64,000 nt of DNA from an uncultured virus (IMG/VR IMGVR_UViG_3300045284_000309) (IMGVR_UViG_3300045284_000309), one strand, 5' to 3'; counted from the first letter of the stretch, positions 38,876 through 48,591 are shown. The notes: a model not told the origin generated them from the letters alone. Made by a program: numbers and translations.

Positions 38876-40033
38876 CTACCTTGCAGAGCGGACGCGAATC
38901 CGCGATGTCACGAGTCCGGGCTTCAACTCGCGCTGGCCACCGCGACCGTGCTCGGTGCTCGGAGGCGAAACAGGAGTGCCTTCCATCTCCGAAACCTGAG
39001 CCTTGATCGCGGGATCGGTGTCAATGAAATTGTTGACCATTTCACTGACGACCTTCAGATCCTTGTCGTCGTCGCCCGACGCCTGGAAGCTGCGGAGATC
39101 TTCCTGCTCGGACACGATGAGCCGCTTGACGAGCGAGCGGGTTCCCTCGTCCTTGAATTTCTTGACGAGAACCGACTCCAGAAGCGTGTCGCGCACGGTC
39201 TTGCCCGCGTCACGAATCGACTCCAGCGCCTTGGAGAGCACGGTCACATCGTCTGTGTCGTCTTTCAGTCCCAGCATCCTGCGAAATTCCGGGATCAGAT
39301 CGAGCGACGGCTTGACAGTCGATGCGTCCGTCTCCATCTCGGAAACCTTCGTTTCGAGAGGAGTCTTCACGGCCGTCTCGATGGTGACAACGAGATTCGG
39401 ATTGTGCGCCCGAAGCTCGTTTTCACTGAGAGCGGCAATTTCCTCTGGCTTCAAGTCGTTTCCTCCTTCCATTTCACTCGTGAGCGAACCGACAAGGCGA
39501 GCGTTCATCCCGGCAGAGCGCGGGCGGGCCAGATCGATGGACTCGATGATGAACTGCTTGATTTTCACACCCTGCTCGAAACGCTCCTGGGAAACCTTCC
39601 CTCTCCAGGAAACGTTTTTCACAAGCCCACGGCCAAGGTAATCCCTGCCCTTGGTTCCAGGAAGGACGTACGCCTTGACCGCGAGCTTTGCCTTGTCACC
39701 GACCTGGGAGAGCTTCGCACCAAGCCACTGAAGCTGAATTTCAGGGAAGACGTACGGATCGTCTTCTTCCTTGATGTGCCCCATGTAGCCGACAATCGGC
39801 TCTCCGCTCGCTGCCGAATTCATCTCGGCGGCTACATCCGTGAAAAGCTCTGGCCCCCAGAAGCGCTTGCTCTTGCTCCAGCCGGACTCGATCACGAATG
39901 TTGCGAAACGTGGATCATCGTCGCCCTCGGTGACACGGGCGAGGATTTCAGGTGAAATCCGGACGACGGCATTCGGATCGGTCGTCATCTCGACGAACGT
40001 CTCGAATACCTCGGTAATTAGATCGTCGTCCAT
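38876..40033 (-). CDS. Prohead protease / scaffold fusion
   Basis: SKSKRFW, GYMGH, VSWRG, SIDLA; helical C-terminus with recurring VSEM. Confidence 0.75.
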   Translation of the reverse strand: MDDDLITEVFETFVEMTTDPNAVVRISPEILARVTEGDDDPRFATFVIESGWSKSKRFWGPELFTDVAAEMNSAASGEPIVGYMGHIKEEDDPYVFPEIQLQWLGAKLSQVGDKAKLAVKAYVLPGTKGRDYLGRGLVKNVSWRGKVSQERFEQGVKIKQFIIESIDLARPRSAGMNARLVGSLTSEMEGGNDLKPEEIAALSENELRAHNPNLVVTIETAVKTPLETKVSEMETDASTVKPSLDLIPEFRRMLGLKDDTDDVTVLSKALESIRDAGKTVRDTLLESVLVKKFKDEGTRSLVKRLIVSEQEDLRSFQASGDDDKDLKVVSEMVNNFIDTDPAIKAQVSEMEGTPVSPPSTEHGRGGQRELKPGLVTSRIRVRSAR

Positions 40034-40036
40034 GAC

Positions 40037-40429
40037 CTACGTGAACTGCTTGCGCTTGAGCGTCTTGCCGCCGGTCTGCATCTGATTGCTGTACGGAATT
40101 ACCTTCTGATGCCCGGAGGTAGCCCCCTTCGGCGACTGCGGGGTTCCATCGAGCTTCGTGACCGCGCCCGGAGCCTTCGACGGGTCGTAGCGCGGATTGG
40201 CGTTGTTCGTGAATTGATCCATAACGGGTGAAAACAACGCCGGGGCAGGAGTCGCCGGGTTCTGCGGATCCGTCACGACATGCTTCCGCTGCACAGACGC
40301 CTTGGATTTCACGGTCTTCCGAGTCAACTGTGACTCATCGTGAAAACTCCCCGCCTTCTGGTTCGCCGTCGCACCCTTCGGCGTCGTCTTGCTTTGCGGG
40401 TTGAACGCTCTCTTGATTTGAACCATCAA
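40037..40429 (-). CDS. Lys/Pro-rich hypothetical protein
   Basis: GAGGAGG RBS; basic, low complexity. Confidence 0.7.
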   Translation of the reverse strand: MMVQIKRAFNPQSKTTPKGATANQKAGSFHDESQLTRKTVKSKASVQRKHVVTDPQNPATPAPALFSPVMDQFTNNANPRYDPSKAPGAVTKLDGTPQSPKGATSGHQKVIPYSNQMQTGGKTLKRKQFT

Positions 40430-40440
40430 TTACCTCCTCT

Positions 40441-40542
40441 CTACTTGCGCTTGCGAGTCAAAATCCGGTAGACGGATTTCTTCTGGAGAATCTTGCCGGA
40501 CGGCCGGTTACGGTTGTCCGGGAACATCACGATTCTCGCCAT
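40441..40542 (-). CDS. 33-aa basic peptide
   Basis: MARIVMFPDNRNRPSGKILQKKSVYRILTRKRK; AGGAGG RBS. Confidence 0.65.
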   Translation of the reverse strand: MARIVMFPDNRNRPSGKILQKKSVYRILTRKRK

Positions 40543-40552
40543 GAATTTCCTC

Positions 40553-40702
40553 CTAACCGCGCAGGAGACGTAACCCGCGCATTGACGGAATTGCAAATGT
40601 GAGAATCGTGCGACCTGGCGGCGTCAGACCCGTCGGCGTAGTCGAGATCAACTTGTGCCGTCTGACCAGCGGCGTGATGTTCGTGAATTTCCTGAGTGCC
40701 AT
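40553..40702 (-). CDS. 49-aa basic peptide
   Basis: MALRKFTNITPLVRRHK...MRGLRLLRG; TGATG-coupled. Confidence 0.65.
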   Translation of the reverse strand: MALRKFTNITPLVRRHKLISTTPTGLTPPGRTILTFAIPSMRGLRLLRG

Positions 40703-40812
40703 CACTTCCCTTTCTTCTTGGTTCCCTTGGCCGTCTTGGTCGATGTGGGCTTGCGCTTGCCACCTTTGGAAAACGGAGCAGCCTTCTTGCCCTTGAAATT
40801 CGAGAGAGGCAT
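40702..40812 (-). CDS. 36-aa Lys-rich peptide
   Basis: MPLSNFKGKKAAPFSKGGKRKPTSTKTAKGTKKKGK; TGATG-coupled, GGAGG RBS. Confidence 0.65.
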   Translation of the reverse strand: MPLSNFKGKKAAPFSKGGKRKPTSTKTAKGTKKKGK

Positions 40813-41009
40813 CACTTCCTCCTTCTGGCTCTTGCCCGCCTTCTTCTACCCGCTGCGGCCAGCTTTGCCATTTTCCGTTTTCCGTATTTCTTTCTGCCAG
40901 CCGCTGCCGCAATAGCCCGACCCTTCCTGCCGCCGCCTGCTGCCTTCGCAACGGCACGAAATCTCGCGCCCGATCCGAGCTTCGGTTTTCTTGCTCGCTT
41001 CCGTGCCAT
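40812..41009 (-). CDS. 65-aa Arg/Lys/Ala-rich protamine-like protein
   Basis: MARKRARKPKLGSGARF...RRRRARARRRK; AGGAG RBS. Confidence 0.8.
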   Translation of the reverse strand: MARKRARKPKLGSGARFRAVAKAAGGGRKGRAIAAAAGRKKYGKRKMAKLAAAGRRRRARARRRK

Positions 41010-41010
41010 T

Positions 41011-41145
41011 TCACTTTCTCCTACGCCTCTTGGCCCTAGCTGCGGTCATTTTCATCGGGTTCTTTGCTCCACTGCGCTTCTTGAGCTTCGGCTTGCGAAT
41101 TCCCTTGCGCCTTCCAGTTCTAGGTACGTGCGGCCGTGTTCTCAT
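41011..41145 (-). CDS. 44-aa Arg/Lys-rich peptide
   Basis: MRTRPHVPRTGRRKGIRKPKLKKRSGAKNPMKMTAARAKRRRRK; ATGA overlap with the portal stop. Confidence 0.65.
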   Translation of the reverse strand: MRTRPHVPRTGRRKGIRKPKLKKRSGAKNPMKMTAARAKRRRRK

Positions 41146-42728
41146 TGTCCTGGCGGCACTGGCTGCAACTGCGGCGAGAGATGTGCTGAAATCGGATGAC
41201 GTGGATTCGGACTGAGGCTTGGTGAAACCAACGGTTGTGGCAGAGCAGCTTGAGCCTTTGCCGCCTCGTCTGCTGCCTTCTTCTTGTCGGCCTCGATATC
41301 CTTCTGCTCCTGCTCGATAGATTTCATCGCCGGGAGGAATTCCTTGAGCATCCGCTTGTACGTCTCCTCTGAAATTTGACCACGATCAACTGCAACCTCC
41401 AAGCCCATGACGAGTTGCTGAAATGCCTGAGCGTAGACGACGAGATCGTCCACTCTCACCATCTCCCACGAGAGCTTCGCCCTCGTCGGGATCTGATTGC
41501 TCATCACGAGCACCATTTTCAGAAGCTCCTGGATCGGCCTCTGAAAAGCTCTACGTTTGCGCTCGACCTTTTTCAGGAATGGAACCGTCTGAGCGTTGCG
41601 GTCTGAGTTGGCCGTGCCGCTGGAGACGCGCAGGAAGGCCCACTCGGGGGTCTGAGACGCGACACAGATACAGTCGATGAGGAATTCCAGAAGCGTGTTC
41701 GTATCGCCCAATACGGATTTCGCTTCCAGGAACGCCATCTCGTCCTGTTGCTGAAGGAACAGAATTTCACGACCGCGCCAGGAGATCTCCGCATGCGGCA
41801 TGATCTCTCCCGTCGTCGGATCGACAGCCTCCGGGAAGTTGTTCTTGATGAATGGGGCAACATCGCCCAATTTCATGACAACCTTCGGAGTCGAATGGTA
41901 TTTGTGCGCAGTCAGACCCTGCTTGAGAACATCGTTGAACGCCTGCATGAAAGGCAGGACGGCCTCGAAATCGCTCTGGCCGGATTGCAGAGCACTGTCC
42001 CACTCGTTGTAAACCTCCAAGAGCGGCACGAAGCCCCAGCGGTTCGGAGCTTGCATGCTCGTGAGCCACTTGTTGTCCGTCTGGTCGTAGAACCTGAAAC
42101 TATTCTGGTCGATAATTTCAAGTACGTCGTGCTCCTCGATGGTCGGATCTGTTCCTGTCGCCGGATTTCCCTCGTCCTTGACCACGGTGAAAATGTGGCG
42201 AATTACAGCCCGCTCGATCACACGCTTGTTCCGCATGTCGCGCTCGATATCGACAAGCTCGGGCGGCACGATTTCAAGTGCGCAGTGCTCTGCCTCATCA
42301 AGCGTCATGAGCGGATCGAGAATGTCCGGCCGCTGGACACGGACGACTGTCTTGGAATCCCTGATCGAATCCCTGAGCATCTGCTGGATTTCATCGACCC
42401 AGAAATTGCTCAAACAGTCGTTGAGGAAATCGTTCATCGTCTCGTCTTCGGTCGATGCGACTGGAATTCCAATGAAACCGACCTGGAGATCGATCATTGG
42501 CTTCGCGAAGCCCGCGCCCAGATTCAGGTCGCCGTCGTTCCTGTAAAGCTCTCGCGTAAGCTTGTAATTCACTTCCGAAGAAGTCGGCCGCTTGTCCGTC
42601 CAGAAACTGAACGTGAACGAACGAGGCAACCACGAGCGCAGAGTATTTCCTAACCGCGCCGGGAAGATGTAACGGGTGAGATCCGTCACCTGTTCTCCGA
42701 CTTTTCTGAAAATGTTCATCTCATTCAT
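41142..42728 (-). CDS. Portal protein (SPP1-like)
   Basis: AKPMID..VGFIG, PNRWGFVPL, GQSDFE, SQTPEW, ISEET; synteny. Confidence 0.88.
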   Translation of the reverse strand: MNEMNIFRKVGEQVTDLTRYIFPARLGNTLRSWLPRSFTFSFWTDKRPTSSEVNYKLTRELYRNDGDLNLGAGFAKPMIDLQVGFIGIPVASTEDETMNDFLNDCLSNFWVDEIQQMLRDSIRDSKTVVRVQRPDILDPLMTLDEAEHCALEIVPPELVDIERDMRNKRVIERAVIRHIFTVVKDEGNPATGTDPTIEEHDVLEIIDQNSFRFYDQTDNKWLTSMQAPNRWGFVPLLEVYNEWDSALQSGQSDFEAVLPFMQAFNDVLKQGLTAHKYHSTPKVVMKLGDVAPFIKNNFPEAVDPTTGEIMPHAEISWRGREILFLQQQDEMAFLEAKSVLGDTNTLLEFLIDCICVASQTPEWAFLRVSSGTANSDRNAQTVPFLKKVERKRRAFQRPIQELLKMVLVMSNQIPTRAKLSWEMVRVDDLVVYAQAFQQLVMGLEVAVDRGQISEETYKRMLKEFLPAMKSIEQEQKDIEADKKKAADEAAKAQAALPQPLVSPSLSPNPRHPISAHLSPQLQPVPPGQ

Positions 42729-42910
42729 CCAGGAAGTGGTGGAGGCGCTGGCAGGCTTCCTACTGTTCCGCTCGCGTTGATGGCGACGGTAGCCATATCT
42801 TTTTCAGGATCGCCGCCGAGTGCGTCGAGAATCTTCTGGGCAATTTCAGCCGGTGTATCAGCGATGCCCTCATCGTTTGCCCCAATGGTGATTATTACTT
42901 GAACATTCAT
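42725..42910 (-). CDS. Hypothetical protein
   Basis: AAGGA RBS before MNVQ; coupled to the portal gene. Confidence 0.6.
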   Translation of the reverse strand: MNVQVIITIGANDEGIADTPAEIAQKILDALGGDPEKDMATVAINASGTVGSLPAPPPLPG

Positions 42911-42914
42911 GTTT

Positions 42915-43679
42915 TCATCCTTCCGCGTAGAAGGTGACACCGCTCAGAGTTACCCAGTTGGCAGGCCCAAGCGAAACTGTTACCTGTCCCGACGAGTCCA
43001 CCCGCCACGTCTCGGGGTACGTCCCAGCACCATTGGCAGTGTTGAAAATAATTCCTTTGCCAGCACCAGGCCGACAGTCAACCGGGAGTGTGAAAACACC
43101 AGTACCTGCCCCGCCACCAATTGAAATAAGCCCCTCGCAATAGACGACTCCTGCTCTCTTACAGATCCGTCCCGGCCCCCAGTGGCTCGTGTCGTAATCA
43201 CCACAACCACCGCCATAGCCAGAGAAATTGTTGATGTTCGCCCACGGCGCATCAAGTAGCTGCCACGGCTGCCATCCACCATTTTGGCATGTCCGTCTCC
43301 ACCGTCTTGCCGGATATTCTGTAAATGCCCAAACTTCCTGAGTCGGCCAAGACGTGTTATGACAGACGACCCAGCCAAGAAGCCAGCCAGGAGCACCCCA
43401 CGCCGCATTTCCTCCAGGCGCGTTTGCAGCATTTGGAGATGTGTACCAGCCATTCGTGGTGCAGGCGTTCCAGTCGGTGAAATTGGTATTTGCGGTTGGT
43501 GCGAGCCGCCCACTCGCAACAGCGGGCACGTCGGCATCTAAAATTGCAGACCAAACAGGTACGCCACCTTGACCTTTGAGCCACTGGCCATTTACGACGG
43601 GTGGAATTTGTGGGCCAGCGCCACTGCCGCCATTCCAGATTGGAACCCACTTCGTTGCGACAGGATCGGGAGAAGTCAT
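42915..43679 (-). CDS. Fibre/receptor-binding-like protein
   Basis: DWN....GWY..NAP..W..R..NGGWQPW (pyocin-knob-like) and VYCEG..FTLP..CRP C-terminal module. Confidence 0.75.
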   Translation of the reverse strand: MTSPDPVATKWVPIWNGGSGAGPQIPPVVNGQWLKGQGGVPVWSAILDADVPAVASGRLAPTANTNFTDWNACTTNGWYTSPNAANAPGGNAAWGAPGWLLGWVVCHNTSWPTQEVWAFTEYPARRWRRTCQNGGWQPWQLLDAPWANINNFSGYGGGCGDYDTSHWGPGRICKRAGVVYCEGLISIGGGAGTGVFTLPVDCRPGAGKGIIFNTANGAGTYPETWRVDSSGQVTVSLGPANWVTLSGVTFYAEG

Positions 43680-44407
43680 GACACCCTCACCGGCAAAATC
43701 CACAGTGAACGCGCAGAGAAATTGAAAGTATTTGGGACTCCAGCGGCGTTGATTGCGGCCAAGATAAGCTGTTGACCTTGGTTTGCCGTGATGATCGACT
43801 CTGAAAAAAGTTGGTAATTCCTTGTATTTGCCATGGTACCATCGGCGAAATCTGCCGAATCACCAACCGGCCCGGTAGTTTGGTTGTAGATCTGGACTGA
43901 TGAAATAAACGCACCAGGCACACACGAGGCAATGCAGGCGAACCCGGCCTGGTAGCGGCCGGTGCGCGGAAAGAATACAGTCGGCGTACCTGGAAGCCCC
44001 TGCCAGCTACTGCCCAGAGCCAGCGGATTACTTCCTCCCGGTTGGCTCAAGATTTTCGCCCCACCGACGAATTCCCATTTGTACGCATCGCCCGTATGAC
44101 CGGCGTTGTAGCGGAACCGCAACTGGTACGTCGGATTGGAAATTGAGTCCACCAGGATATGCTCCATGCCATCGGCCGGACTAGCCGGAAGGCTCGTGCC
44201 GTAACTGGGTGAAGTTGTTGGTGGTGCCCAAGGCGTCGGAGAATCCGTTGTCGGCGCTACGCACAGATAGGTGACACCGTTGTAAACCACGATGTCGCCG
44301 TCTGTGTAATTTCCAGCGGCCCAGTCGCCACGATATCTGAAATCTGGCATCGGGCCAGGGCCAACAGGAACCCATTTTGTAGCTGCGGGGCTAGGAATGG
44401 TACTCAT
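43676..44407 (-). CDS. Fibre-like protein
   Basis: YRGDW...YTDGDIVVYNGVTYLCV carbohydrate-binding-like motif; TSLPASPADG. Confidence 0.7.
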   Translation of the reverse strand: MSTIPSPAATKWVPVGPGPMPDFRYRGDWAAGNYTDGDIVVYNGVTYLCVAPTTDSPTPWAPPTTSPSYGTSLPASPADGMEHILVDSISNPTYQLRFRYNAGHTGDAYKWEFVGGAKILSQPGGSNPLALGSSWQGLPGTPTVFFPRTGRYQAGFACIASCVPGAFISSVQIYNQTTGPVGDSADFADGTMANTRNYQLFSESIITANQGQQLILAAINAAGVPNTFNFSARSLWILPVRVS

Positions 44408-45438
44408 GGTGGCCCAAACGCAATCCAGTTGATTCGGACAACCCAGTTCGTGAGCAAGGCACCACCTACGCAGTTGCGAAGCTCCGGAACCCAATAGGTA
44501 TCGTAATTTCCACGAGTGCCGATAGTGAACTGGGCGGCATTCGCGTCACCATTTATTCCAACCACTCCGTAAGCAGGGCCACCAAACGGGACTGGGTAAC
44601 CAATTGTGCAGAGTCCTGCGCTGTCACTCTGCATGACGTTTGAGCCGTACTGGACTTTTGCGTTCGCGCCGTAAGTGTTGACACCGCCTGAAATATCGGC
44701 AGGTGTAATTGGTGCCCACACTGCCGCACCGCCAACGCCTTTGATCCACTGCCCGTTGACAACGGGTGGAATTTGTATCCACGAGCCGGACGACCAGGCG
44801 GTTGGTGCAATTCCAACGGTGCCGTTTACGACGCAGACGTAGGTGATTCCGTCAGGGCCAATTACATAGTCGCCGTCGTTGTACGTCGTCGCGGGATTGT
44901 ACGCGCCAACGTATTGCATTCCACCTGAGCCACCGCCTGAGCCTCCTCCACCGCCAGTGTAATACGTGAAGGCGACTCGCACGTCGGCGTTGTTACTCGG
45001 AAGCGCTCCCGTGAAGCTGTCGCATTCAACGGGGAACGTGATCCAGGTTCCATTGTCGATTGGAGCGGCTGTAATTGTGTAGCGACCGACCTTGCTGGCG
45101 TCGTTCTGATCCTGGACGACGATGTTGTCACCGATTCCCGCATTCGTGAAAACGTTCGTCCAATCGACGCCCGAGTACGTCGTCTTGTTCACGTTGATCT
45201 GAGTCGCGGAATTCCAGTCGGCCGCGTTGAGGCCGAGCCTGCCGGATGTAGCCGCAGTAGTCTGGCTCGTTGTAAATCGCCACGACTGAAGAAGCGTCGT
45301 GCTCAGGCCAGAGACATCATCGGCTGAAATTTGATCCCAGGTCGGCCCGGAAATCGTGGATTTCAGAAACTTCCCTGGATCCGCAGGAGGGATTCCCCGA
45401 AGTGCGCCTAACCCGTTTGTCGTTTCCGTCGTGCTCAT
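44404..45438 (-). CDS. Fibre-like protein
   Basis: YVGAYN..TYNDGDYV..GITYVCV; C-terminal VQYG..YPVPF..INWIAFG (gp53/H-lectin-like). Confidence 0.7.
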   Translation of the reverse strand: MSTTETTNGLGALRGIPPADPGKFLKSTISGPTWDQISADDVSGLSTTLLQSWRFTTSQTTAATSGRLGLNAADWNSATQINVNKTTYSGVDWTNVFTNAGIGDNIVVQDQNDASKVGRYTITAAPIDNGTWITFPVECDSFTGALPSNNADVRVAFTYYTGGGGGSGGGSGGMQYVGAYNPATTYNDGDYVIGPDGITYVCVVNGTVGIAPTAWSSGSWIQIPPVVNGQWIKGVGGAAVWAPITPADISGGVNTYGANAKVQYGSNVMQSDSAGLCTIGYPVPFGGPAYGVVGINGDANAAQFTIGTRGNYDTYWVPELRNCVGGALLTNWVVRINWIAFGPP

Positions 45439-46049
45439 TCGGTAATTTCAGCTTCCTTCGGCTCTGATGCGGTGGTCAGGAGGTTCTCAAGCTGCTCGAT
45501 CACCTGTGCAGCCTGCTCCTGGACTTCAGGGGAAGCTTTCCGTAGTTGCTCGATGATCCCGTCGTCCGTGAAAACCGTGCGGTTCTCGTTGACCTGAAGC
45601 CGTTCCGACTTGGTGGCCTTGCCGAGGCCAGCGCGGTCAAGAATTTCACCAGCGGCCTGAAGGACGATCTTGTCGTCTTCGGCAGAGCGCATGATGTCAA
45701 CCAGGGTCTGCACTGCTTCGATCATGTAATCCTGGAGGAGGTCAAGCGCGGCGGCAGGGAGAGCGGCCCTGAGCATCACGAGCTTCTCTGAGACGGCCGG
45801 ATCGTTGAGCAATTCCGCGATCTGGCTCAGTCCGACATTGAGGATGCGGGCGATCTGCTGTTTTTCATAGCCAGCGATCCTGAGCACGACAACGATGTCG
45901 ATTACGTGATCGCGCTCGCCCGGAAGGAATTTCCGAGAGAGCGTCAGGTTCTTCTTGTACCGACGCCGGATCTTGTCGGCTTCGCGTGATTTCGCTTTGG
46001 CCCGGACTTCCGGCGATCCATTTCCTTTTCTGTAATACTGTGTGGGCAT
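45435..46049 (-). CDS. HTH protein, putative terminase small subunit
   Basis: GYEKQQIARILNV HTH; AVQTLVDIM..LQAAGEILDRAG. Confidence 0.6.
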   Translation of the reverse strand: MPTQYYRKGNGSPEVRAKAKSREADKIRRRYKKNLTLSRKFLPGERDHVIDIVVVLRIAGYEKQQIARILNVGLSQIAELLNDPAVSEKLVMLRAALPAAALDLLQDYMIEAVQTLVDIMRSAEDDKIVLQAAGEILDRAGLGKATKSERLQVNENRTVFTDDGIIEQLRKASPEVQEQAAQVIEQLENLLTTASEPKEAEITE

Positions 46050-46050
46050 T

Positions 46051-47754
46051 TTACGCTCCTGAGATGATCGATTTGTTCATCGCAGATGAAAGTGCGGAAG
46101 GGATCTGAAGCTGCGGGCTTTGAATTGCGGCGACCGAGGCGAACATCCCTGCGTGATGCCAGTGGTCTGCATTTCTGTTCTTCCTCCAGCGGGCTACAAC
46201 GTTCCCTCTGAGGTTCTCCTCCTCCACCCTCACCATCTGCGTCAGTTGATGGTAGAGGCCGTTGTACGGCTTCCCAGGCATCTCCTCGCCAAGCTCTCTC
46301 GCGTCCATCGGAAAGACGGTCACACCGTCGATCATGTCGCGGATGAAACCGTCGAGCGCCATCGTCTTGTCGATGGTCACGTAGCCAGGCTCTCCATATT
46401 TCAGGATGCTGAAATTTGCGGCTTCGTGGGCTTGAGGACGGTCGTCTGAGAATCCGATCCAGAGTCGTCCGTGGTATTTCTGAGCAAGATCGTAACTCTT
46501 GCTTTTTTCAGGGTGCGCATCGATCACTCCTACCCACGATGAGAGAGACATGAGGAATTTGTCGAGATCATCCCACTTGCGGAACGTTTTCAGGTTCCAC
46601 AGCATTTTCCTTTTGTTCTGGCCGAAGTGCCAGCACCAGACGTGAATGACAGTGCCAACGTCGATCCCGACCGAGACGGAGGAATTCGGAAGCCCGCCGA
46701 TCTTGTAGCCCGGTGCCCTGATCTTGTCGAGAAGCTCCGGTGTAATTCTGTCGCCCGAGGCCGTGTAGGGCAGGCCCATGTTTTGATTCCAGAAGCTCCG
46801 GAACATCCGCTCGTCTCTCTGACCCTTGAAATATCCTTGCATGATCTCACGCAAGGGCTGGGTCGGAGAGTTGAACTGTGAAATGTGATAGCCACGGATC
46901 TTCCCGTCGAGGCGCATCGGAGTCCAGCGGCCGTTCGCGTTCAAGCCCGCTCTCTCGTTGTCGGAGATTTCACGATGGCAGAACGCGCACTCAAGGACGC
47001 ATTCGTCGGCGGTGTCACCGAGCTTCAGGTTTGAGTAGTCGAGCGAGGACTCCGTGAAATTCAGAACCTGAAATCTGCCGCATCCGGGACAAGGGACTTC
47101 CCAACGGTGCTGATCGGAGTATTCCCAGGCGTCATCGCCATAGACCCCGTAGCCATCGACGGTCGGAGTCGAGAGAATCACGATCCTTTTGAACGTCGAG
47201 CCATCCATGCGGTGGCGGGCATCGGGGAGATTTTCCTCAACCATGTGATCGCGCTCATCCCAGACCTCGAAATCGACAGGGACTTCCTGAAGCTCGCGGA
47301 GGATGTTCGTCCCTCGGATGTAGAAATTCACTCCGTCGATGGTCTGCTTATGGAGGCGGTTGTCCACTGAGGCGAATTTCATGGAAAGCTGGGGGTTGCT
47401 CTCGATGATGGGGTCGATTCTGGCTTGAACAAACGGGACTGCTCCTGTTTTCAGGGGCAGGAGGTAGAGTCCGTTCAACCGGCGCTCTGCGACGTTGTGC
47501 AAGCTCTTGGTCAGAAAGGTGACCGTGAAGGCCATCTGAGCGGCCTTCGGAATTACAATCTCCGGGCTGTAATCCCGGATCACCTGGCGGACGTACTCTC
47601 GACCTGTAAGGCTGAATGGCTTCCCATCCACCTTCAATTCCATACCGACGGCCCACTCGTCCGGCCTGGCCATCGAGCGGAGAGATGAAAATGAGGGAGG
47701 GGTTGACGCCTGGGGTTCGCTGGAACGCTTCCTACGTGAGGAAACCGGCGACAT
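46051..47754 (-). CDS. Terminase large subunit (lambda GpA-type)
   Basis: PKAAQMAFT, WDERD, LSTPT, VPCPGCG..CAFC, GYHISQF, GIDVG, ADHWHHA. Confidence 0.93.
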   Translation of the reverse strand: MSPVSSRRKRSSEPQASTPPSFSSLRSMARPDEWAVGMELKVDGKPFSLTGREYVRQVIRDYSPEIVIPKAAQMAFTVTFLTKSLHNVAERRLNGLYLLPLKTGAVPFVQARIDPIIESNPQLSMKFASVDNRLHKQTIDGVNFYIRGTNILRELQEVPVDFEVWDERDHMVEENLPDARHRMDGSTFKRIVILSTPTVDGYGVYGDDAWEYSDQHRWEVPCPGCGRFQVLNFTESSLDYSNLKLGDTADECVLECAFCHREISDNERAGLNANGRWTPMRLDGKIRGYHISQFNSPTQPLREIMQGYFKGQRDERMFRSFWNQNMGLPYTASGDRITPELLDKIRAPGYKIGGLPNSSVSVGIDVGTVIHVWCWHFGQNKRKMLWNLKTFRKWDDLDKFLMSLSSWVGVIDAHPEKSKSYDLAQKYHGRLWIGFSDDRPQAHEAANFSILKYGEPGYVTIDKTMALDGFIRDMIDGVTVFPMDARELGEEMPGKPYNGLYHQLTQMVRVEEENLRGNVVARWRKNRNADHWHHAGMFASVAAIQSPQLQIPSALSSAMNKSIISGA

Positions 47755-47814
47755 TGGCCCTACGAGTAGGGACTGGGCTGGGGGCGAAAATGGAGCAAGC
47801 TGAGAAGTCTAACG

Positions 47815-47852
47815 AAAAAAGGGCCGAGCCTGGAATTACCCAGACCCGACCC
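47815..47852 (-). terminator. Intrinsic terminator upstream of the terminase gene
   Basis: GGGTCGGGTCTGG..CCAGGCTCGGCCC followed by TTTTTT. Confidence 0.75.
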
Positions 47853-48064
47853 AGTTCCAGTCCGTGCCGTCTGACCGCGAGGAGAAGCGCCGTCTGACGA
47901 GGGGATCCTAGCAGATGGAGCGAAGCTCGCCCAACGTACTCCTTCTATATAGGAGGAGGATAAAGAAGGATGAAATTAGAAGGGGGCAGGTTCCCTTCAC
48001 GAGCAGCGGACGGATGTGGTTTGGTGCTCATGTCGGGAACCTGCTGGGGCTGAGCATATAGAGA

Positions 48065-48280
48065 CTAGCTGCTTTTCAGGTGCCCGCCTTTCTTGTAGAT
48101 CGAGTTGGCCTTCTGGCGGACTGTATTTCCTGTTCCTTTCTCCTCGGCCTTGGCTATGAAAATCCGGGTGCCCTCCTGGTAGCCGTACTCTGAGATGAAA
48201 TTCTTGAAGGCTTTCTGAGTGCCTCTGGGTTGGGCTGAAATCAGGAAAGGCAGGCGCGGGGTTTTCTTTCTGGTTTTCAT
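48065..48280 (-). CDS. Basic hypothetical protein
   Basis: AGGAGG RBS; 71 aa, Lys/Arg-rich. Confidence 0.7.
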   Translation of the reverse strand: MKTRKKTPRLPFLISAQPRGTQKAFKNFISEYGYQEGTRIFIAKAEEKGTGNTVRQKANSIYKKGGHLKSS

Positions 48281-48354
48281 TTTCTCCTCCTGGGCCAGGT
48301 GAGGACGAGTGCGCAGGCGAGGCAGAACACGAGCAGGATGATGAGGACGGTCAC
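48277..48354 (-). CDS. 25-aa TM peptide
   Basis: MTVLIILLVFCLACALVLTWPRRRK; overlaps both neighbours by 4 nt. Confidence 0.55.
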   Translation of the reverse strand: MTVLIILLVFCLACALVLTWPRRRK

Positions 48355-48587
48355 TTGGGCGGCGGGAGGATCTTTGTGATTTCAGTGTCCTCTAGCTCGT
48401 CCGTGAGGAACCAGCCGACGATCTTGTTGAGCCGTTTTCCCATCTCTTGACATTCGGGGTCTTGTTGAATTTGAAGCCAATGGGAGATCATTTCAGAAGC
48501 ACCCATGAGACGGCCGACGTAGAAAGGAAAATGAGGGTCTTGCTGAAGATCTTCTAGGTCGCGCTGTTTTCTTCTTCGTCTCATCAT
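48351..48587 (-). CDS. Hypothetical protein
   Basis: Probable start MMRRRRKQ just after the upstream stop. Confidence 0.6.
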   Translation of the reverse strand: MMRRRRKQRDLEDLQQDPHFPFYVGRLMGASEMISHWLQIQQDPECQEMGKRLNKIVGWFLTDELEDTEITKILPPPK

Positions 48588-48591
48588 GGGG

